From: Gordius albopunctatus | Lineage: Eukaryota | Assembly: GCA_964276515.1 (NCBI GenBank) | Contig: OZ193909.1 | Coordinates: forward strand, 6,386,001-6,450,000 | Length of the DNA stretch: 64,000 nucleotides | Direction of reading: 5' to 3' | In this document: positions 56,621-64,000 of the stretch, in pieces | How positions within the stretch are numbered: the first letter of the stretch is position 1 | Layout of the letters: each line of letters opens with the position of its first letter | Notes under the pieces: generated by a model | Database searches by the model: none | What the model was told of the DNA's origin: nothing | What the model saw: the letters and a program-made list of their open reading frames with translations, nothing else | Position numbers and translations under genes: made by a program

Positions 56621-59183
56621 AAAAATTGATTATTAAAGTTGATAAATCTATATGTAGATTAAGACTATACATGTTATCAGATAATGTATCCATTCCTCAA
56701 AATGATAATGTATCTCTTCCCTCAACTATAATTTGGAAAAACAATGGATTTAGACTTCCAGTCCATTGCAAATCAACAAATGAAAATTTGTCTCTAGATA
56801 AAGATGTATCATATGTTAATTTATTTTTTATCATTAAAAGTTATAAATAAAGATTTTAATATATTTATATTACCTAAAAACAAGAATCTATTATATTATA
56901 CTAAATCTACAAATGATTTTAATTAGATACATCCAGTATTTGTTCGACTTCCTTCTATATCCTTAAATGGAAAATCTACACCTTTAAATGCAGCCCTGGC
57001 AAGAGTTGCCTCTCTGACATCTCAGCTTACTCCCAATACTACAACTTACAATCATTCCATCAAAATGGCAAAGCCAATTGGTATCAGCTCGATTAAAAGC
57101 CCAACAAAACAAACAACCAAAACAATTGAATTACTTGATGCAGATGATGAAATTGATGTAGTAGCCATGGTTCCCCCTAAGGTTGACAGGAAAACAGCTC
57201 GTTCTGCTAAGAAAAAACGTAAAGGCAATAATGATCACTTTGTAGATCTTGAGGATGAAGAACGGACCAAGGCACTTGTTCAAAGGTTAAAGCTAAACAC
57301 AAATACCCTCACTTCAACAAAAACCATTGCTCCCAATGACGAAATTAGTAAAATTAAAGCTATAGGCCCATACCTTAGAATGCCCTGTTCTCAACCCCAA
57401 AAAATCCTACTTAATGGTTCTCTGAATAAAGTTAAGCTAGTTTTAGACATCCCTAAAACTACTTCTTCAACCGCTACTCGGGCCCTCATAAGTCGTGAAA
57501 TGCAAGTGGCGAATTCCTTGACCTCGGTCCCCGTAGTTTGCACCCCAAACACTGATCAAGCATCTACAATGATCACCGTTTTCTCTACGATGACCCCTTC
57601 TACGTCATCAGTAATCGATACGGATACTAATGGTGGCAACGTTGACCATATGACACCTCGCGCACATAATATCAACCTTAATTCCGCCGCCCTAACTAAT
57701 TCCATTTTAGGATCACGGCCCGGTTCGGGAAAACCCGTTATTTACAGCATCAACAATAGGCGCATGGTTTCATTGCTAGAAACGCGCAATAAAACCCCCC
57801 TTAACCCGCATTGCAACAATCATAGCGATGGTATAAGGTCATCGTGGGCTTTTACCCACTTTGCTACTTGTCAGGAGGGATGGCTTTGCGCTTTTTGTTG
57901 TCGTTCCGCTTATGGTAGCGTCGACAAGCCAAATTTATCTTTGGGCGAATTGTTTGGGCCACTCTTGGTCAAAATTAAAATTTCCCAAACCCTAGCACCG
58001 CACCTGCCTTGCCCTCCTACCTCAACCCCGGAAAAAGTCGAAATTGCGACGACGGTTCCACAGGAAACTAACGACCATAACTACAATATCAAAAATGATG
58101 TTACCACCAATACTTATGAAAATGGCGGTGGTGCGTTTCCCTTTAAAGTTTACCTCCATCGTCCCTGTGTAATTTGGGCGAGTTCGGTTGGATTTGGTCC
58201 TAACGGCTTTCTCAAACTGGATCGAGCCATTTTACAAGCGGCCCAGACAGTGAGTTTTTTACTTAAATCTTTAGCCAGTCCCTTGCTTAGTTTATTACAC
58301 GGAGGGAAAATAGCTTGCCCTCCCCTTTTTTTAATATCTAGGGAATTACTACAATTAATACATGTATTTGATAAAATTTTTGTAAAATACTTTTCCATGA
58401 TTTTGGAAAGAAACTGGATCGGAATAGGCTAAAATTTTTTAATATGATAGTTTTTTTTGATGAGTTCTTTGAGCATACCGTTTTGGGAAATTTTTAATTG
58501 GTCGAATTAGCATTTACACATTTCGATCGATTGGACGTAAAATTTCCCTATTTTTTCATTAATATGATAGATTTGTCATTTAGGTAGCAATTAAATATCG
58601 CGAGCTTTGATGTAAACTAGAGAAATAATAATATTGGGAAAAGAATAATTGTAGGTTTTAATTTTTATTATCGTGGTGTGAAATGCATCGAAATATTTTT
58701 TCGCCATTTTGTTAATAATGATAAATATAATTGTTGCATTTAGAATTGTTCCATCTGCAAATCCAAAGGCGCCAACATCAGATGTTGCACAGAAAATTGT
58801 CCAATGTGGTTTCATTATGCTTGCGGACTTTATGCAGGTAATTTTGATTTTAACTTTATCATAAATTGTTTTTAAAATTAAATGATCGGTTGGTTATACC
58901 ATTTCTATACCCAACCTCTTAATTGTCTCAAATTAATCATATTAGTGTTTTGGAATTAGATTTATATCAACTTTAAAATTAGCTGAATAACCTAAAGATA
59001 AATCTAATACTCGATATCACCACATCAATTCTATTTAGTGATATTAGGTAGGAAATTAAACATTTCTAACTAATCAATAAAATAAGAGTTTCCTGTTTGT
59101 TTGCTATATTTAAAGATTTTCTCTTCGAACAAAGCACATACACCGCCTATTGCGCCCAACACAAGGTACGTTATAATCAATAA
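56621..59183 (+). CDS. Extended-PHD (zf-HC5HC2H) chromatin protein, RAI1/TCF20-like; 5' and 3' limits uncertain
   Basis: Exons ~56621-56805, 56927-58249, 58744-58837, 59116-59165 (or read-through to TAA at 59183). Spliced motif: CAFC...LGELFGP...VYLHRPCVIWASSV...CSICKSKGANIRCCTENCPMWFHYACG...YCAQHK, preceded by a long S/T/P-rich region with a KKKRK basic patch. Confidence 0.85.
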
Positions 59184-60092
59184 TGTCGATATATGTACTC
59201 TTATTTACCCTTTATCGTCTCTCTGCTTTTTCATTTTTCCAAAAAGGGTGCCTCTAGACAAATTTGCACCTGTCATTATGGAAATTAACACCTATCCACT
59301 CCGCATAGACGCTTTTTTTTGTAAATTAGTGATGCTTTGTCTAATGCGATGATTTCCATTTTTAAACTTTTTATATAAACTAGCTATTTATTATAATTAA
59401 TTTAAATTTTTGGGATAATTTTAAATTGAAAAATAAGAGCGCCTTTTAGCCGAGGGAGGAAATAATGTTTAGTGAATTATTTGTTTTGCTATCTGCCTCC
59501 TTTGTGTTGTCTCTAAAAATAATATATTAAGCTGTTTATCGATTTAATAGAGTTTAGGGTTAATTTAACGCGACGCATTACTAGAGGCCTGCGAAGTGAC
59601 TTTTTTTCAATCCGACCCGACCCGAAAGCGTTTTTACATTTTCACCCCGGACCCGACCAAGTAGAAAAATTTGAGGATGAAAAATTTATTCGACAGAAAT
59701 ATTAATAAATTTATTAAATTGATTTACTATAATTATATGTATAAATATTGTGGCTTCTACAATTACGGGGCGTAAATTAGCCCTTCTCTCTTCTATAATT
59801 CTCCCAGCAGTGGAAAAGGACCTCTCGCTACTAAATTGAATATTTAATTATATCCTTATGTAGTTAAATTTATAATTTACTCTATAGACTATAAACAATA
59901 ATAAATACTCATTTGTTAATATTTTACCTTTCGTGATTCAGCTTTAAATTTAAATTTGCCTCCAAATTAAACGAATTAAAAAAATAGGAAAGGAAATTGA
60001 TTATATGAATGAATGATTATAATTAGTTATACAATTCGATATTGTTTTACAAAAATGATTCGGACCCATAATCACTAATGGACATAATAAAT

Positions 60093-62455
60093 AAAACTCG
60101 GGCCTTCGGCCCTCGTGGGAAGGGGAGGAGGGGAGGGAAGGGGGAACTCATCTACACTCCGTATAAATGTATCATATTTGCTATGCAATTTATGGAAATA
60201 CTTACGTGAATATTGCAAAACGAAGGTTGGAAGCACTAAATAAGTGTATATGCCAAATATCATAAAGGGGGAGAGAGGGAGCGAAGGGGAAGCTTTATGG
60301 TTAGTTAAATTCTACGGGAGTTGTATTACCAAAAAGTCATAATAGCAATGGTAGGAACAGGAACAATCATAATAGTAAAAAAAAACGAAAAAAAAATTTT
60401 CGAATCACATTTTGGCCAAAGGTCATTTTTTCCATTGGTCAGCAGCCAGGACACGGTAAAAGTGGATATAAATTCATAATAGTCAAAAAAAACGAAAAAA
60501 AAGTTTTCGAATCACATTTTGGCCAATGGTTATTTTATTTCATTGGTCAGCAGCCAGCGGACGGCCAAAAAGTCATAATAGCAATGGTAGGAACAGGAAC
60601 AATCATAATAGTCAAAAAAAACGGAAAAAATAATTTCGATTCACATTTTGGTCAATGGTCATTTTTTTCCATTGGTCAGCAGCCAGGACACGGTAAAAGT
60701 GGATATAAATTCATAACAGTCAAAAAAAACGAAAAAAAAATTTTCGAATCACATTTTGGCCAATGGTCATTTTATTCCATTGGTTAGCAGCCAGCGGACG
60801 GCCAAAAAGTCATAATAGCAATGGTAGGAACAGGAACAATCATAATAGTAAAAAAAAACGAAAAAAAAATTTTCGAATCACATTTTGGCCAAAGGTCATT
60901 TTTTCCATTGGTCAGCAGCCAGGACACGGTAAAAGTGGATATAAATTCATAATAGTCAAAAAAAACGAAAAAAAAGTTTTCGAATCACATTTTGGCCAAT
61001 GGTTATTTTATTTCATTGGTCAGCAGCCAGCGGACGGCCAAAAAGTCATAATAGCAATGGTAGGAACAGGAACAATCATAATAGTCAAAAAAAACGGAAA
61101 AAATAATTTCGATTCACATTTTGGTCAATGGTCATTTTTTTCCATTGGTCAGCAGCCAGGACACGGTAAAAGTGGATATAAATTCATAACAGTCAAAAAA
61201 AACGAAAAAAAAATTTTCGAATCACATTTTGGCCAATGGTCATTTTATTCCATTGGTTAGCAGCCAGCGGACGGCCAAAAAGTCATAATAGCAATGGTAG
61301 GAACAGGAACAATCATAATATTCAAAAAAAACGAAAAAATAAACTCGGATACACATTTTGGCCAATGGTCATTTTTTTCATTGGTCAGCAGCCAGCGGAC
61401 GGCCAAAAAGTCTTATTATCATTGATAGTAACAAGAACAATCATAAGAGTCAAAAAAAACTCCGAGATTCTAACCCAAAAACTAGATAAATTGCATAGCA
61501 ATTATTAAAAAGTATAGGGTAATTATCAATGTTAACCTATTCAAAAACGAACAAAAAATTTCGATTTATTTGGCCAATGGTAATTTTTTTCAATTATCAA
61601 TGTTAACTTATTCAAAAAGGAAAAACTAAAATTTGGATTTATTTGGCCAATGTTCATTTTTTCATTGGTCAGTAGCCAGCGGACGGTCAAAAAGTCATAT
61701 TATCAATGGTATTAACAAGAACAAAATATTAAATTAATTAAAAAAATAAAAATTTTGCCCTCTCCGGGATTCGAACCCACATTAAATAGAGGCATAAGCC
61801 TTTGGAGGGGAACAGGGAACCATATAAATAGAGCCATAGGCCCTTGTAGGGGAGGGCATAGGGTAATTATCAATGTTAAACTATTCAAAAACGAAAAATT
61901 AAAAATTTCGATTTATCTGGCCAGTGGTCATTTTTTCATTGGTCAGTAGCCTGCGGACGGTCAAAAATTCATATTATCAATGGTATTAATAAGAACAATA
62001 TATTAATTTAAAAAAAAATAAAAATTTTTGTCCTCTCCGGGTCTCGAACCATCAATTTAGAACGTTCGCCGGGATTCAAACCCACATTAAATAGAGGTTT
62101 AAGCCTTTGGAGGGGAACAGGGAACCATATAAATAGAGCCATAGGCCCTTGTAGGGGAGGGCATAGGGTAATTATCAATGTTAAACTATTCAAAAACGAA
62201 AAATTAAAAATTTCGATTTATCTGGCCAGTGGTCATTTTTTCATTGGTCAGTAGCCTGCGGACGGTCAAAAAGTCATATTATCAATGGTATTAACAAGAA
62301 CAAAATATTAATTTAATTTAAAAAAAAAAAATTTTGTCCTCTCCGGGTCTCGAACCCGCAACCTCCAGGTCGGGAAGCTGGTGTAAATAACTTGGTGGAC
62401 GACGGACGGACGGACGGACAACCAAAAACGAGCCCATAAATTGCATAGCAATTAA
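60093..62455 (-). mobile_element. Composite HINE/DINE-like Helentron derivative, same family as 28052-29456
   Basis: Hairpin GGGCCTTCGGCCC at 60100-60112; subterminal IR TTGCTATGCAATTTAT at ~60178; matching ATAAATTGCATAGCAA at ~61487 and ~62436; (GACG)n microsatellite at ~62398-62419. Confidence 0.85.
60330..61460. repeat. Tandem array of ~118-bp units in a 473-bp four-unit higher-order repeat
   Basis: Two unit types alternate (gcggacggccaaaaagtcataatagc / ggacacggtaaaagtggatata). The variant ggccaaagg occurs at 60414 and 60887, 473 bp apart. Confidence 0.92.
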
Positions 62456-62509
62456 CACAATTTCAAACTAGATACAAAATCATAAATAAATAAAATAATG
62501 GAAAATATA

Positions 62510-62838
62510 TAAATTGTAATATATAGTTTTCTATTCAATGCGTTAATATGAAATTGACTATAGTGATACTAATACCTATATTATAAGTGAATAAAGGTAA
62601 CTTTGTGATTAGTTAATGAATATATGCCAGCACATAATACATTATAATAATATATAGTTTTATATTCAATGCATTAACATGAAAATGTCTGTAGCCATAC
62701 TAATACCTATATTATAGGTGAATAAAGGTAACTTTGTGATTAGTTACTCAATATATGCAAGCATATAATAAATTGTAATAATATATAGTTTTCTAATTTA
62801 ACATAACGTCTATGGCCATACTAATACCTATATTATAA
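62510..62838. repeat. Diverged tandem repeat, ~130-bp unit, about 2.5 copies
   Basis: tatatagtttt...atactaatacctatattata.gtgaataaaggtaactttgtgattagtta recurs at ~62512, 62641 and 62771. Confidence 0.8.
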
Positions 62839-63731
62839 AATATTCTTTATATATGGCTAAAATATGATTAATGATATTAAAATTTATTTTTTATACATGT
62901 CAAAAATATGTTTTATTGTTTTAAATAAAAAAAATTTGAATATTCTGTCTCACCCAAATGCTAATAAATTTTTTGACATTTTTAATATGGGTATTTATGA
63001 TGAGTTACGATTTTTAGTCCTATAGGATATAAATAGTTAAAAGGATTTTTATTGCTTATTGCCGGAGAAGTAAAATACTCGAGCTAAATAAAGTAAATAA
63101 AAAATAATGATCATCCCCCTATACGAAGATATAAAAAAATGTTTTACTCCCTGATAATTTAGATTTTGTTTAGTTCGCGATATATTCGCGGGATAATTCT
63201 CCGACGTTCGTAGATAGTTTTTAAAAACCCTTAAGATTACTTATGGGGTGTGAGAAACCTCATAGTATTATAATTTAAAATCATATAAGCAGTTTTAGAT
63301 TTAGTTTGGTTTTATATGGTCCTTTTAAAGTTATTAACAAGCCTAAACTATTTTTTCGTTAAAATCAAGCGGGACCTGATGATAACCTAAGACATAAAAA
63401 ATTACATAATTTGGATTCACTATTTTACAAAATATATAAGAAATAGATTTTAAAATTTATTCACAAGTATTTGTGTGTATGATTTATTCCTCAGATTCAC
63501 TAGCTTCTGTGAAGTCGCTAGTGTCTCTTTCATCGGATAGATTATTAGAAATATTATTGGATATAAAGATTGACGGCGAATGCGAAAAATTATAATACCG
63601 CGAGTCGTAACTATAGGAAACAAGACTAGAGATATTGTCGATATAATTGAAAATATCAATATCGCGCGAAGCATCATTGTATGAGGCGAGTAGGGTGCTA
63701 ATTTGTGAATTCTTTTCACGGACGCGTTTAT

Positions 63732-64000
63732 TTATATAATATAAGTGCGACCTTGATCAATCTGCAAAAGATTAATCTCGGTTTTCCCGTTATTTTCGAT
63801 TAAAAATGCGATACAGGTATACAGATCAGGGTGGGCCCGTCCAATAAGGGACTTGAGGCCATTCTTCAAGATGATTGTTGGTCCTAGGACCAACAGCCTC
63901 ATACCTCTGCCACATTTCGTAAGGAAAAATGGCAGAGGGGGCCACCCATGTTTTGGACACATATATAAAAAATTTACGCAGTTTAGCATGTTGGGAGACA
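63732..64000 (-). pseudogene. Mutator (MULE) transposase C-terminal fragment, frameshifted, runs off the right edge
   Basis: Minus strand translates to KFFIYVSKTWVAPSAIFPYEMW..Y...GPRTNNHLEEW, then after a frameshift LKSLIGRAHPDLYTCIAFL. This fits the MULE RTNN.LE.W...HP motif. Confidence 0.8.

Noticed and set aside
60584..61508. Repetitive ORFs of 67-165 aa
   Set aside because: They are chance translations of the 118-bp array, switch frame at A-runs and show no recognisable domain.

Overview
This is AT-rich, intron-containing eukaryotic DNA, most likely from an invertebrate animal because it carries a SHARK/HTK16-type kinase; the species cannot be determined from the sequence. I reconstructed four host genes exon by exon with GT-AG junctions and consistent phase: Nup107 (minus strand, apparently continuing past the left edge), an SH2-ANK-SH2 tyrosine kinase of the SHARK/HTK16 type (minus, about 795 aa), the vacuolar fusion protein Mon1 (minus, about 546 aa) and an extended-PHD (RAI1/TCF20-like) protein (plus). 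Most of the remaining sequence is mobile DNA. It includes a CRE-clade RT+RLE non-LTR retrotransposon, a decayed Ty3/Gypsy element inside a hAT element, solo LTRs, hAT and pogo-like MITEs, RTE and Mutator fragments, three non-autonomous Helitrons and two Helentron-type (HINE/DINE-like) elements. Four observations stand out. (1) A 52-copy, 140-bp satellite with higher-order structure has expanded inside one Helitron in a Mon1 intron, and a two-copy sister element lies about 6 kb away. (2) The genes share a polarity: CpG-poor 5' zones with 33-40 nt introns and no inserted elements, and CpG-rich 3' exons separated by long TE-filled introns. (3) The HINE internal repeats contain tRNA-type B-boxes. 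(4) A decayed hammerhead-ribozyme motif lies in a Nup107 intron. I found no CRISPR array, rRNA or intact tRNA. All calls are from manual reading; no database searches were run.
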